Source: Camelus dromedarius (lineage: Eukaryota). From it: a stretch of DNA of 64,000 nt. The stretch spans positions 62,002,001 through 62,066,000 of the forward strand of contig NC_087437.1 in the NCBI RefSeq assembly GCF_036321535.1. The letters run 5' to 3'. The position numbers and the translations under genes are program-made. This document shows, piece after piece, positions 1-12,757 of the stretch (position 1 is its first letter; the number at the start of each line of letters is the position of its first letter). Below the pieces are notes generated by a model. The model was not told the origin of the DNA and searched no databases. It saw only the letters and a list, made by a program, of their open reading frames with translations.

Positions 1-445
1 GTTTATAGCAACAGTATTCATAATGGCAAAAAAATGCAGACAGCTCAAATGTCTGTCAACTGATGAATGGATAAACAAATTGTGATACCCTCATCCAAAG
101 GACTATCATTCAGCCACAAAAAAAGGAATAAAGTACTGTTACATGGTATAACATGGATGAACCTTGAAAATATTGTATGATTCCATTTAGATGAAATTTT
201 CAGAATAGCCAAATACATGGAGGCAGAGAGTAGGCTAGTGGTCACCCAAGACTGGAAAGAAGAAGGGAGAGTAGGGAGTGACTGCTTATGGGTTTGGGAC
301 TTCTTCATGGGGTGATGAAATGTTCTAGATTAGATAGTGGTGGTGGTTGCCCAACTGTGTGAACATACTAAATAAAAAACACTGAATTGTACACTTTAAA
401 AGGGTAAATTTTGTGGTGAGTGAACTGTATCTCAATTTTTTAAAA
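1..445 (+). mobile_element. Old LINE-1 3' end (L1MB/L1MC-like)
   Basis: Typical L1 ORF2-end/3'UTR motifs (gtttatagcaacagtattcataatggcaaa...tcaactgatgaatggataaacaaa...gaattgtacactttaaaagggtaaattt...tatctcaat). Subfamily not resolved. Confidence 0.8.
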
Positions 446-2045
446 GGAACTCTGTGAAGTGATTACTATTATTACCTCTATTTTATATAAAAGAAAACTC
501 ATGTTCAGAGACAATAAGTTATTTTAAGAGGCTGAATAAATATGAAAATCCCCTTTTGCACCTCCAAACCCTTAGCAGTTTGGTGCATTTGCTTCTAGTC
601 CTTTTCCTATGCGGTCACGAGTATGTATGTGAAAGAGAGATATAAATATAATATAAATCATGTTATACCTTTTGTCCTGGACTTTGCTGGCTGTTTTATT
701 TTACACTTTACTTTAGAGATCAGTCTATGCATATATATGTAGGGAGAGCCAGGAACGGAGAGACAGAGAGAGAGAATGAGAGGAAGAAGTTCCTTACGAA
801 TGCACCGTAATTTATTAAATCATTTCCCCTATCAATGGATATTTCAGTCCATCCGTTCTGTAAACAATGTGTTTATTCCCCAGAGTTCCATCCTTGCTGG
901 TCTCCCCACTCTCCCTGGATTATCTCTCCACTCTCATATCATGCCCTATCCAATGGTGCCAACTCAGTACCTTCATTAGACTTAGACAAGAGGGTCCTGC
1001 CCTAGATCATGTTCTTTGGAGGTCCCTACATATGCAAACATATACAATGTAAAGTAATTGAGGACTACCTGGGCAACTTTGTCATCCAGGATCCAGCACT
1101 CAGCACAGGTGTAGTGTGACCTATATTTTAAACATCTACTAACACCATTCAGGTCCCAGGGGAACACTTCTCCGCATCTCTTACTCTGTGTCCCTAAAAC
1201 AAAAGGCAGCCTCTTCTCAATTCATTCTCCCGACATTGGAGATGGATGCTGCTTCTGAGTTTGGAGAGGATTTGAGCAGGGTAAATATTTAGACAATTCA
1301 CTGGACAAATCCTTCTTCTCAGACTACATGAAATTAGTCTTTAGATTAGATTATTGCATAACAAAGTATTTCCCAGTAGTGCTGAACATCCATTTTCTTG
1401 CTTCTCTTCATATTCTAAATCGTGATTCTTCTGTTACTCACAATAGTTGCATAGGAAGGAGGAGGAACATTTCACAATATTATTATTTAAAGTTGTATAT
1501 CCTTTTATTCAGTATATCATAGTATTTTGAATTTGTATGTTTGTAGGTCTAGGTATAACCTATGTGAAGCTATGAAAATAACCAACTCTTTACATTGGCA
1601 ACCTGATGGGCTGTGGGTAAATTGTTTGCAAAGATAGTGCCCATCATTCTTCCCATCCCTGTCCCTCATGCCACTTCTCCCACCACTTGAGCTTAGGATG
1701 ACCTTCTGACTTGCTTTGACCAATAGAAAGTGGCAGAAGTGACTGTGCCCGTTCAGGGCTTAGCTCATGGGACTGGCAGCTTCTTCTTTCCTGTTGGGAT
1801 CCAGCCATCAGGTAAGGAAGCCACCTTCATTCAGGCACTGAATGATGAGAAGCCATATGGAGAGAGAAGTCTCAGTCTGGGAGCCATCCCCTTATAGCCC
1901 CAGACATGTGAATGAGGTCATCTTAGACCATCCAGTGCCAGCAGAGCCACCACACAATTATAGTCTCATGAAGAGCTCAGGAGAGACTAGAAACAGCCAA
2001 TCTACAAAATGGCGAGAAATAAGAGCTCATTATTTTAAGCCACTA

Positions 2046-2553
2046 AATTTTTTTTTTTTAATTTAAGTATAGTTGATTTACAATGCTATGTTAGTTTCAG
2101 GTATACAGCATAATGATTCAGTATTTTTGCAGATTACACTCCATTTTGTTATTACAAGATAACTCCTATGATTCCCTGCACTACACACTATATCCTTGTT
2201 GCTTATCTATTTTATATATAGTAGTTTGTATCTATTAATCCAAAACCCCTAATTTGTCCCTCCTCCTTCCATCTCCCCTTTGGTAATCACAAGTTTGTTT
2301 TCTACATCTGTGAGTCTGTTTCTGTTTTGTGTATACATTTATTTGTACTAACTTTTAGATTCCACATATAAATGATAGCATACAGTATTTGTATTTCTCT
2401 GACTTATTTTACTAAGCATATTATTCTCTAGGTCTATCCATGTTGCTGCTAATGGCAGAATTTCTTTCTTTTTTATGGTTGAGTATTATTCCATTATATA
2501 TATATATATATAATATCTATATATATATCTATATATATATCTATATATATATC

Positions 2554-2591
<38 letters not shown>

Positions 2592-2923
2592 TCTCACAAC
2601 TTTTTATCCATATGTCTGTTGATGGACACTTGGGTTGCCACCATGTCTTGGCTATTTTAAGTAGTGCTGCTATGAACATTGGGTTGCATGTACTTTTTGA
2701 ATTAGTGTTTTCATTCTTTTCCAGATATATACATAGGAGTGGAGTTGCTGGATAATATGGTAGTTATGTTTTTAGTTTTATAAGGAATCTCCATACTGTT
2801 TTCCATAGTAGCTGCATCAGTTTACATTGCCACCGACAGTGAGTAACAGTTCCCTTTTCTCCACACCCTCTCCAACATTTGTTATTTGTATACTCTTTGA
2901 TGATAGTCATTCTCCCAGGTGTG
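2046..2923 (-). mobile_element. 5'-truncated LINE-1 (cetartiodactyl-type 3' end) nested in the MLT1 LTR
   Basis: Poly-T at the left end. Antisense ORF2 C-terminus MFIAALLKIAKTWWQPKCPSTDIWIK. Target-site duplication ttaagccactaa (2034-2045) / ttaaggcactaa (2924-2935). Confidence 0.85.
2496..2592. repeat. Interrupted (TA)n microsatellite inside the L1
   Basis: About 95 bp of tatata with tatc interruptions. Confidence 0.95.
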
Positions 2924-3676
2924 TTAAGGCACTAAGTTTTTAGATGATTTGCTATATAGCAAAAGATAACAAAACATGAATGCTGCTAGAGTTGCAAATA
3001 GTTTTATCTTTATAAAAACATTCAACAAGGTTTAAATTGTCAAAAAATCAAAACTTTTGACCTTAAGTAATTTTGATTTAAGTTGTTGATATTCATTAAC
3101 TATAATTTTTTTTGCTTTTTAAGTTTTGAATAGTTTAGAAGAAAAAATCTTTAAAAACTCAAGTGAAAAATAATTTTTAAAATTTTGCATTTCTTTGATT
3201 TACATTTTTAATGAAAATTTAAAATTTGTGGACTTTGAACAGTTACATTTATTTTTTAACCCTTTGAATCACTACTGTCAATTGCATACAAATTACATAA
3301 AAATCTATTATAACATTATTGAAAATTTTGCTGAAATGAAGGCATGAAAAATACATTTCATAAAGAAAATGAATAATTTACGAATTATGTGTACAGTTTT
3401 TGACTCATCCCAACTGCTGATCCAGCAACAGAACTCCCAGGTTGTCTGCCATTTTACCAACTTTCAGTCGTATAAAATCCATCTCTTTATACATATTAAA
3501 AAAATTTTTGTCATGAAGATATATTTGTTTAGGTAAAAGAAGACAATGTATTTTATTTTAAAATAAGTTAGATTTAAGACAAGAAGATAAAATCAGAAAC
3601 AAAACAACATAGGAAAAAACTAAAAACAAAGAAGAAAAGAAGAAAAACAGAAAAAAAAGTTATAATTATAACGTTT

Positions 3677-4009
3677 GGCTTTCACTATTTATTTATGACA
3701 AATATTCCACATCCATGAGCCTCTCCAGTCTCAAGTTCTCTGAGATGATGCGGCGAATGGAGTCACCTTACTCGTCCATCCTGCAAATGGCCCCGCAGAC
3801 AGCGTAGGTTTTAAACTGCCCATTGAGCCTGCCTGTCACCTTGTCAGCCTCGGCCACGTTCATCTGGATGGCCGCGTGGTCCTTGGCGCCGATGATGCGG
3901 TTGCTGGCGGAACATGTTCGCGGCACGTACAGGTCCACGAACTCGCCGGCGACGTTCTGCATGATGAGGGCGCGCCTGGTGGCACCATAACGAGCGCCAG
4001 CACAGAAAG
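3677..4009 (-). pseudogene. RPS21: Processed pseudogene of 40S ribosomal protein S21 (eS21)
   Basis: ORF 3768-3962 [64 protein letters not shown] matches RPS21. It is intronless, has a premature TAA at codon 65 and an apparent 18-nt in-frame deletion of the LAKADG region. A pyrimidine 5' end (ctttct), a 3'UTR with AATAAA (3688-3693) and a degenerate TSD (4010-4023 / 3663-3676) are present. Confidence 0.95.
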
Positions 4010-4399
4010 TGATTTATAACTTTAAAATATTTAGGTCCCGGTCATGTGTACTCTTGCCCCAGGGCCTGCAAATGTTAAGTCAGGCTTGTCTCTGTGTGAC
4101 CTTCGCTTCAACCATCTGCTGCATATATTTATTTGCCTACTGGATGGCTCCACCTGCTTGCCTCCTGGAACTTAGCATCAGCTTGTCCAAAACTAAGTTT
4201 ATCACCTTTCTCTCCAAAACGTCCTCTCTCTTTTGGTGATTTCTCTGTCACTGAAGCTAGAAACCTAGAAGTCATCCTGGGTTCCTTCACCCAGTTACTC
4301 TCCCTTAATGTCTAAATAATTCTCCAGTCTGTCCTCTTCTATCATCTTTTTCACACCTGCTCCAGTTTGGGCCTTCCTTGAAAGGCAGTGTCACCTGGA

Positions 4400-4581
4400 G
4401 CAGTGCTTCTCAAACTTCAGAGTTATCTGGAGGGCAGGGCATGTTAAACGCAGATTACTAGGCCCTGCCCCAGGAATGTCTGATTCCCTCCTCTGGGGTG
4501 GGACATGGTAATTTGCATTTCTAATGAGTTCTCAGGTGAGGCTGATGCTGCTGGCCTGGAACTACACTTTGAGACTCACTG
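4400..4581. mobile_element. MER5A-like hAT-Charlie MITE
   Basis: Terminal inverted repeats cagtgcttctcaaa / tttgagactcactg and the internal motif atttgcatttctaa...caggtgaggctgatgctgctgg. Confidence 0.8.
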
Positions 4582-4589
4582 GCATAGGG

Positions 4590-4760
4590 GTTGGTTTCAA
4601 ATTTTGCGCCTCTTAACTATGTGACTCTGGGTAAGTTACTTCATTTTTCTAGGTCTATTTTCTGGTGTATATCATGGTGATAAAAGTCTTACCTTTGAAA
4701 GTTGAATTAAATGAGATAATGTAGTAAAGCATTTACAATAAACCTGACAAGTAAGGCCTT
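4590..4760 (+). mobile_element. MIR SINE fragment
   Basis: Core actatgtgactctgggtaagttacttcattt...aattaaatgagataatgtagtaaagcattta. Confidence 0.65.
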
Positions 4761-4779
4761 ATACAGGGTCATTATTTAG

Positions 4780-6150
4780 GCCCTCATCATCTTTCTCCTG
4801 GCCTCACTGCTGGCCTTCTCCATCCCAGAGAGATTCTCTATCTCTGAACACAGTCTCTCTGTTCGTGCTACCCAGTAACATTTCAACACATTCAAATCTC
4901 TTCCAGTTTTTAAAAAACCCACAGCCTGGCTTTGCCTCCATTCTTTCCTCCAGCCATCCTATCTCTGGCCTTTCCTTCATATCTGAGCATCTTGAAAAAA
5001 TTGCTAGGATCGCTGTCTCAACTTCCGTTCTCACTCTTTAGTCCATCATAGTCTGGCCTTTGAGTCCACAGTCTCCTAAGCCGGCTCTCTCTAAAATAAT
5101 AAATGGCTTCCCAGGAGATTGCCGGATTTCCTGGACACTTGATCACACTACAGCATTTAATACTGCTGACACATCTTCTGTAGGAGGCAGTTTCGAAAAT
5201 GGATCCCAGTGATCTCCACCTCCTGGTATTCACTCCCTTTTGTGATCCCCTCCCCTCGGGTGTGGGCTGAGCCTAGTACTTTTCTTCCAGTGAACGGCAT
5301 AAGACAAAAGTGAGGTGGGATGTGACATGGCACTTCTGAGATTAAGTTATAGAAGACTTGCTTGCGCTTTTCCTTCTTGTATGTTTATTCTGTTGAAGTA
5401 AGCTCTCCATTGTGAGGTGCCCTATGGAGAGACCCACTTGAGGGGATCTAAGGCCCTCATCCTCACAGCTCTTGGGAAACCGATCCCACCGACAACTGGA
5501 ACAGTTTGCTAACAGTTTGGAAGAGGATCACTTCCCAGTCAACTCTTCAGGTGAGACCACAGCCTTGGCTAACACCTTGATTGCCACCTTGTCTAAGAAA
5601 CCTTAAAACAGAGGACCCAGCTAAGCAGTGCACAGAATCCTGCTCCACGGGAAGAGTGAGATAATAAATGTGCTTTGTTTTAAGCCACTGTGTTCTGGGG
5701 TCATTGTTACACAATAACAGATAATTAATATATCTTCCTCCTTGCTTTCCTAGGGACTTCCGCAAGCCCTGGTTTCCCTCTTAGCTCCCTTTCTCCTCTT
5801 TCTTTCTCTCCTTTATGGGCTCTTCTGATTTTGCTGGCTCTCACCTCCTGCTGCTTCCCAAGGTTCTTTGTTCTTCTCTGCAGACATTTTCTTGCCAATG
5901 TCACCCATTCAAATGCCATCTGTAATTGGTGACCCTCAAATTTATATCTCCAGCTCTTTTGAGGGCCAGGCCCGTATATGGAACTGCTTAAAGGTCATTC
6001 CCTCCTGGATGCTGGCCTCTTAGACTCAACATGTCTGAAGTGGAACTTATTATTTCCCACCAAATCCCTTATCCTCCTAAGTTTTCAGCTTCAGTGAACA
6101 ACCATCCATTCAGTTGCTCAAACCAGAAACCCTAGTGTCATCTTTCATTT
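4780..6150 (+). mobile_element. LINE-2 remnant interrupted by an MLT1 LTR
   Basis: Pyrimidine-rich L2-like motifs (gactcaacatgtctgaagtggaactt, accatccattcagttgctcaaaccagaaacc). Boundaries approximate. Confidence 0.55.
5179..5732 (+). mobile_element. MaLR solo LTR (MLT1E/F-like)
   Basis: TG start. Motifs ctcctggtattcactcccttttgtgatcccctcccc and aataaatgtgctttgttttaagccact. Perfect 5-bp TSD tcttc at 5174-5178 and 5733-5737. Confidence 0.8.
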
Positions 6151-6705
6151 CTTTAGTCAACCAATATTTTTTGGAGCCCCTACAGCATGCCAAGCAGTGC
6201 TCTAGGTGCAAGGGGGAGCTTACAATCTTCTGGGGAGAGAGACAATGAAGATACTAAATAAATTTTGTACATAAAACAATAAAGGCTATTGGAAAAACTG
6301 AGCTAGCAGAGAATTGAATGTCATGGAGAGTGAATTGTATTAGATGGGATGGTCAGACTAGACTTCATAAAGGAAGAGACTTGAAGGAAGCAAGGACTGT
6401 GCCAGATGAATTTGGAAGGAGAGCATTTCAGGAAGAGGGACAGCTAGTTCAAAGGCCTTGATCAGGAACAAAACTGGGGGGTTTGAAAAACAGCAAGGTG
6501 GCCAGTGTGGCTTGAACACAGAGGACCAGGCTGAGATTATTAGAGATGAGGTCAGAGAGGTATCCAAGCCCAGATCACATGCAGCCTTACCGGCCATTGT
6601 AAGGATTTTGAGGTTTACTCTGAGTACAATGGGGAGCCACGGGAGGGTTTGGAGTGGAGAAATCACACAATCACTCTGATTACTGTCTTTAGAATAGGCT
6701 GTAGG
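6150..6705 (-). mobile_element. LINE-2 (L2a-like) 3' fragment
   Basis: Motifs gagcccctacagcatgccaagcagtgctctaggtgc and gatgaggtcagagaggt...ggccattgtaaggattttg...aatggggagcca. Confidence 0.7.
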
Positions 6706-6715
6706 GAAATAATTT

Positions 6716-7042
6716 CTTTTTTTTTTAATTGAAGTTCAGTCAATTACAATGTGTCGATTTCTGGTGTACAGCACAATGTCCTGGTCATGCATATACACAC
6801 ATATATTCATTTTCATATTTTTATTAAAGGTTATTACAAGATATTGAACATAGTTCCTTGTACTATACAGAAGAAACTTTTTTTTAAAATCAATTTTTGT
6901 ATATAGTGGCCAACATTTGTAAATCTGAAACTCCCAAATATATCCCTTCCCACTCCCTTCCCCAGTAACCATAAGATTATTTACTATGTCTGCAAGTCTG
7001 TTTCTGTTTTATAGATGAGTTCATAGTGTCCTTTTTTTTTTT
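6716..7042 (-). mobile_element. Young lineage-specific LINE-1 3' end
   Basis: Poly-T then aattgaagttcagtcaattacaatgtgtc. Closely similar to 11263-11600 and to the reverse complement of 33120-33440. Confidence 0.85.
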
Positions 7043-8148
7043 AAGGCATATAAAAATCATTTCTTTTTCCTCTCAGCCCCCAAATCTTTTTTTGTCGCTA
7101 AGCCCCATTTGTTTTATTTCTTAAATGTATCTTGAATCCATTCACTTCTCTTAATTTCTGTTGTTACCACCTAAGTCAAACCAACAACTTCCTTTATTCA
7201 TTCAATCAACTAATACTTGTTGAGTAGCTGCTATGTTCCAGGGACTAATCCTGTTCTCAGTGCTTGGGACATCGCAGTGAAAAAGAGCCTTACATTTCTC
7301 CCTTGAATTTATCGCTTTTAAAAACTTGCCATCCCTTAAATTGTCTTATGTAAATATTTGAGTACTTGTTCATTGTATCCTCTCCTCACTAACGTGTAAA
7401 CCTTGTGAGATTAGGGACGTTTTCTGCTTTGTTCCCCAATTCTATTCTCGGTGCCTAGAACACCTTTCACATAAGACGTGCTCAATAAATACCAGTTGAA
7501 TGAATGAACAAACTGCTGCAAGAACCTCTTAACCTCTATTTCCAGTGACTTTTAAACTTTCTTTGACCTTGACCTATACGCAGAAAAACATTTTACACTG
7601 TAATCCTGTAAAGACTCTTACACATGCATATGTGAATATAATATACTTAAAAGTATTGTAAAAAAACAAAAAACAAAACAAAAGGTATTGTTAGTGTCAA
7701 GCTGTTTGATCATTATTTATTCTATCCTACTATGTTTCAGTGGAAAAACCCTCCCAGTGACAACTTTAAATTTGATTTCAGAATCCCCTAATGGAATTTA
7801 ATCAGAAGCTTGATGAACACAGCTCCGATGCATTCGCCACAACCAGAGTGTTCTTTCCAACTCAGGAATCTTGTCATGTTACTTCCCTGCATAAAATAAT
7901 TCAATGGCAATCTCTAGGTGTCAAGCAGTTTTTCCCGAACGTCAGCCATTTAAGGTTGCTCATGTACCAGAGATAATGTATTTAAAATTTTGTCTGAATT
8001 GAATCACTTTTGTCACTCAGCCTCACCTTGAACAATTAAATAAGAGAAGTAATATGTTGGATGCATGCATTATTTATTTTCTAATGCATATAAAATCCAT
8101 TAGCTACCAAAATTTAAAAAAACAGTCTGCACACCATCTAAAACCCTC

Positions 8149-8267
8149 TTTTTTTGGGGGGGGATAATTAAGTTTATTTATTTATAGTTTAACAGAGGTA
8201 CTGGGGATTGAACCTAGGACCTTGTGCATGCTAAGCATGTGCTCTACCACTGAGTTATACCCTCCCC
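8149..8267 (-). mobile_element. tRNA-Ala-derived SINE (camelid Vic-1 type)
   Basis: Reverse complement GGGGAGGGTATAACTCAGTGGTAGAGCACATGCTTAGCATGCACAAGGTCCTAGGTTCAATCCCCAGTACCTC has Pol III A/B boxes, followed by (TAAA)n-CTTAATTATCCCCCCC-poly(A). Confidence 0.9.
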
Positions 8268-9204
8268 TACTAAAGTCATCTTGCCTATCATCCAGCCACA
8301 CTTTGGGGCAACCTGCTCTTGGGATAAAAGTCAGGTGTCTCAACTTTGCCTGTGAGGCGCTCTGCAGCTGGCTGGTTCTTTCTGCTGCACTCTCAGTTTT
8401 TTTTTTTTTACCACTTCCGGTGTTCATTCATTCTAAATGACCTGCAGGTCCCCTGAAGGCACTAAGCTCTCTCTGTCTCTAGGACTCCTTGCTCGCAGTC
8501 TCCTTCCCTTGCCCATAAATCCACCAGAACCCCCACCCCATCTCCTTTCAGGTCTCAACTTTAATCTCATGCTGGGAAAGCTGCCTGGCCTCGGGGCTGA
8601 GCTGTGTCCTCCCCAGGAGCCTGTGCAGCCCCGTCCTAGAGTGTGTCACCCTCAAGTGAAGCAGCTTCTTCATGTGTTTTATTCCAGCTGAAGACTGCAA
8701 GCTCCTTTTGGGGTGGGTAGGGGTTGGGGGAGAGTATTTTACTTACCATGGTATTTCTAATATTTACCACAGTACCAAATATTCAATAAGATTTGCCTGA
8801 TGAATAAAAGAAAGATATATGGATTTCTCAAGGAAATGAACATTGCTAACACTCAGTACATTGCTTGATACATACGAGGCATTCAGAAAATATTGCTAAG
8901 TGGTTGAAAGAAGTCTGTTCCTCACCCTAAGACATTACCTTTTAAAAAAATTATTTGAGAGGTGGTCTCAAATTCAAATGGCTTTGCCCTATGGGGCATT
9001 ATTCTCTCCTCTCTGCCCAGGGGGAGGTCGGTAGTGGGTCAAAATGTCTATCTGTGGTCTAAGAGACTTTTGGTCCCTCGATAAACAAGCTTGCTGAGAC
9101 AGAGGACAGAGCTGGTTGGGAAAGCCGCAGCACAGTGGGGATATGTATCTGTGTGTTTTTCTCTTACTCAGTGCAAAGCAGCTATAAAGTAAATATTAAA
9201 CGTT

Positions 9205-9481
9205 TGACAGACTCACAGACAGAAAACAAACTTATGTTTACCAAAGGGGAAAGCAGGAGGGATAAATTAGGAGTTTGGGATCAGCAGACACAAATTACTC
9301 TATATAGAATAGATAAACAACAATGTCCTACTGTATAGCACAGGGAACTATATTCAATATCTTGTAATAAACTATAGTGGAAAAGAATCTGAAAAAGAAT
9401 ATATATATGTATAATTGAATCACTATGCTGTACACCAGAAATCTTCACAACATTGTAAATCAACTATGCTTCAATAAAAAA
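9205..9481 (+). mobile_element. LINE-1 3' end (cetartiodactyl type)
   Basis: gactcacagacagaaaacaaacttatg...ctgtatagcacagggaactatattcaatatcttgtaata...cattgtaaatcaactatgcttcaataaaaa. Confidence 0.85.
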
Positions 9482-10370
9482 GTAGATGTTTGAATTATAT
9501 TAAAATCCTTGCTTTATGCATGATTTTCGTGCATTTAATGTTGTTTTACTACATATCCAAATTTTGATGTCATTATCCCCCTTTTCTGAGATGCCAGAAT
9601 ACAACCTATGCAATTTTTAAGACTGATGGTATCAATCTTTCTTACAGCAATGTGCCATAGGGATATATAATTAAGGTTTTACAGTAACTAAATTGTACTC
9701 GAAGACTTATTTTTCTTTTTTGTAGTAGCTCTACTATCTGGCATTTGGGGAATACAATATTTGGTACAAGAAGAGTTTCTTAATACTGATGTTTAATCTT
9801 GTAAACACCAAAACATTAAAAAATAAAAATGCTGGGAACTGTCTCAAGATATTGCACCCTCCTCTGGCTTTTTAAACAAAATGCTCTAAATATTAATGGT
9901 TCTTTGTTGACTTGAGGCTCTTCCTATGGATACCAGTTATTTGGATGTCTGTGCTAGAGGTCAGGGGAGCACACACACAGACTCAGATGATATGGAGCCC
10001 GAGGTTAATGGGACGATCATTTTAATGGTGACATTGAAACTTATTTTCTTACAAACAAAACTAAACCCCAAGTCAGCTGTACCCTTCCCCATTTTTTCAT
10101 AAGGGGAGAATAAATCTTACGTAGCTGCAAACTCTTCTTTGGGAAAGAGTAAAACAGTTGTCTTCAAGAAATATCAATTAGCAAATGAAAAGGTGAAACA
10201 GCCTCTTCCCACCAGAAAATTATCCACTTTATCACTAATGCTCTCATTTCCACCCACGACCGCTGCCATAGATCACTTTCACCTAATTTTCAGCTTGCAT
10301 TTTCTCTTCAGCCTTACTTGTTCACATTTTGTTCATGGAGTATGGAGAAGTATTCTGCAGTCATTTCCAG

Positions 10371-10372
<2 letters not shown>

Positions 10373-10415
<43 letters not shown>
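10373..10415. repeat. (GT)21 microsatellite
   Basis: Perfect dinucleotide run. Confidence 0.97.
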
Positions 10416-10419
<4 letters not shown>

Positions 10420-11262
10420 GATTTGCTTCAACACTCACACATTTTTTAATTACCAGGAGATAAATGTCTCTCTAAATGTGAAAGACCTGCGTCATGTTTG
10501 ATATTGGTACAGAATTTCCCATGTAAGTTTTAGATGTATGAACAAGGTGGAAAGTATTGTTTTGCTATCAGAAAGATATGTGGGTTCCATCACTGACGGA
10601 ACCCAAAGCATCCTGTACATACCTCAATGTTATCACAGCATAATTATGCTGAAATTCTCTCACTTTTTATTGGTCTCCTCCATTAGTCTAAGAGCTTCTC
10701 ATGAGCTCAGGCCACGTCCTAGCCTTCTTTGAACCTCAGCATTTGTGTTCTTATGTAGCTGCATAATCTTCCGGGAAGTGTTAAATGGTTGCCTTTATGA
10801 AAGATCAATTTGGGAATGAAAAGGGAACACAGTCTCAACCTCAGCACTCCATTCTCTTGAACTTTCACCCGTGTCTTCCCCTGGATCCCTCCAAACCAGA
10901 GTTATCTCACAGCTGATGGACTTTAGTGCAGCCCAGGGCCTCTTTTGCTGAGCCTTGCACGTAGGCTTTTAATAAATGTTTACCCTGAACACTGGCAGGT
11001 AGAAAGATGATCATTTTAGGGAAGCTGAGTTCCTCATTGTGTTGGTCTCCATGACTGTTTAGCAACAGGGTATTTTTAAGAATCTCTGGTGAGCCTGGAA
11101 TTCTGACATGACTTTAAATTGTAAATTATAAAAAGATAGTAAAAACAAGAAAGAAACAATTCATCTCTGCAATAAATCACACTATCTGGCAATAAGCTAA
11201 CGTATGAAATCTTTGAAAACTCTAGAATGATAAAAATTTCCATTCTATTTTATGGAAACCCA

Positions 11263-12260
11263 GTTTTTTTTCCTTTTTTTAATTGAAGTACAGTCAGTTA
11301 TAATGTATCAATTTCTGGCATACAGCACAATGTTGCAGTCATGCATATACATACATATATTCATTTTCATATTCTTTTTCATTAAAGGTTATTACAAGAC
11401 ATTGAATATAGTTCCCTGTGCTATACAGAAGAAACTTTTTTTTTAAATCTATTTTTACATATAGTGGCTAACATTTGCAAATCTCAAACTCCCAAATTTA
11501 TCCCTTCCCACCCTCTTTCCCCAGTTACCATAAGATTGTTTACTATGTCTGCAAGTCTATTTCTGTTTTGTAGATGAGTTCATAGTGCCCTTTCTTTTCT
11601 TTTTTAGATTCCACATATGAGTGACATCATATGGCATTTTTCTTTCTCTTTCTGGCTTACTTCACTTAGAATGACGAACTCTAGGTCCATCCATGTTGCT
11701 GCAAATGGCATTATTTTATTCTTTTTATGGCTAAGTAGTATTCCATTGTATAAATACACCACATCTTCTTTATCCAGTTACCTGCTGACGGACATTTAGG
11801 TTGTTTCCGTGTCTTGGCTACTGTATATACTGCTGCTGTGAACATTGGGGTGCATGTATCTTTTCAAACTAGAGTTTTCTCTGGATATATGCCCAGGAGT
11901 GGGGTTGCTGGATCATATGATAAGTCTATTTTTAGTTTTTTGAGGAATCTCCATACTGTTTTCCACAATGGCTGCACCAAACTACATTCCTACCAGCAGT
12001 GTAGGAGCATTCCCTTTTCTCTATAGCCTCTCCAGCATTTATCGTTTGTGGACTTTTGAATGATGGCCGTTCTGATTGATGTGAGGTGATACCTCATTTG
12101 TAGTTTTGATTTGCATTTCTCTGATAATTAGTGATATTGAGTATTTTTTCATGTGCCTATTGGCCATTTGTATGTCTTCACTGGAGAATTGCTTGTTTAG
12201 GTCTTCTGCCCATTTTTGGATTGGGTTGTTTGTTTTTTTATTATTAAGTTGTATGAGCTG
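11263..12260 (-). mobile_element. Young 5'-truncated LINE-1 (~1 kb)
   Basis: Poly-T, 3'UTR and antisense ORF2 C-terminus. TSD tggaaaccca at 11253-11262 and 12261-12270. Confidence 0.9.
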
Positions 12261-12635
12261 TGGAAACCCACAGCTTTAATATATATAACAGTAGTTAACT
12301 TGTCTTCATTCTGCTTAAACTTTGGGAAAGAAGAGGTAGGAACTTGATTTTCTGATATTTGCTGGGTAGAAAATAGCAAGCATCTTTATAATAGATCAAT
12401 TTCATCAGCCTTATAAATAAAATTATTCAGGCAAAGATTACACTCAGAAATAAATTCTCTGAATAATGTTACTTTTTTTTTCAGCAGTTTAATTGCTTAT
12501 TCTTTTCCTAGCTCCAACTATCATATATCCGCTTTAAATTTTTTCTTTTGTTTTCAACTTTATTTTATGTTAGTTTGCATGCTAACTTTTTTAAAAATCA
12601 GTTTTTAAAGTAGACTTACTTTATTTTTATTTTAC

Positions 12636-12757
12636 TTTTTGAAGTGGGGGGTAATTACGTTTACTTATTGATTTACTTATTTTTTTTAATACAGATACTA
12701 GGGATTGAACCCAGGGCCTGGAGCATGCTAAGCACTCTACCACTGAGCTATACCCTC
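12636..12757 (-). mobile_element. Vic-1-type tRNA-Ala SINE
   Basis: gggattgaacccagggcctggagcatgctaagcactctaccactgagctataccct preceded by the gggggtaattacgtttacttatt tail. Confidence 0.85.

Larger units (their letters stand above)
1612..2976 (+). mobile_element. MaLR solo LTR (MLT1G/H-like), split by an L1 insertion at 2046-2923
   Basis: TG...CA termini. MLT1 motifs gacttgctttgaccaatagaaagtggcagaagtgac and ttttaagccactaa...gatttgctatatagcaaaagataac continue across the inserted L1. Confidence 0.7.

Noticed and set aside
2980..3660. Very AT-rich block as a possible NUMT or transposase remnant
   Set aside because: No ORF or recognisable mitochondrial or transposase motif could be read; left unassigned.
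8195..8267. tRNA-Ala(AGC)-like sequences here and at five other sites as tRNA genes
   Set aside because: Each has the SINE tail, stem-breaking substitutions and in some cases TSDs, so they are SINE copies.
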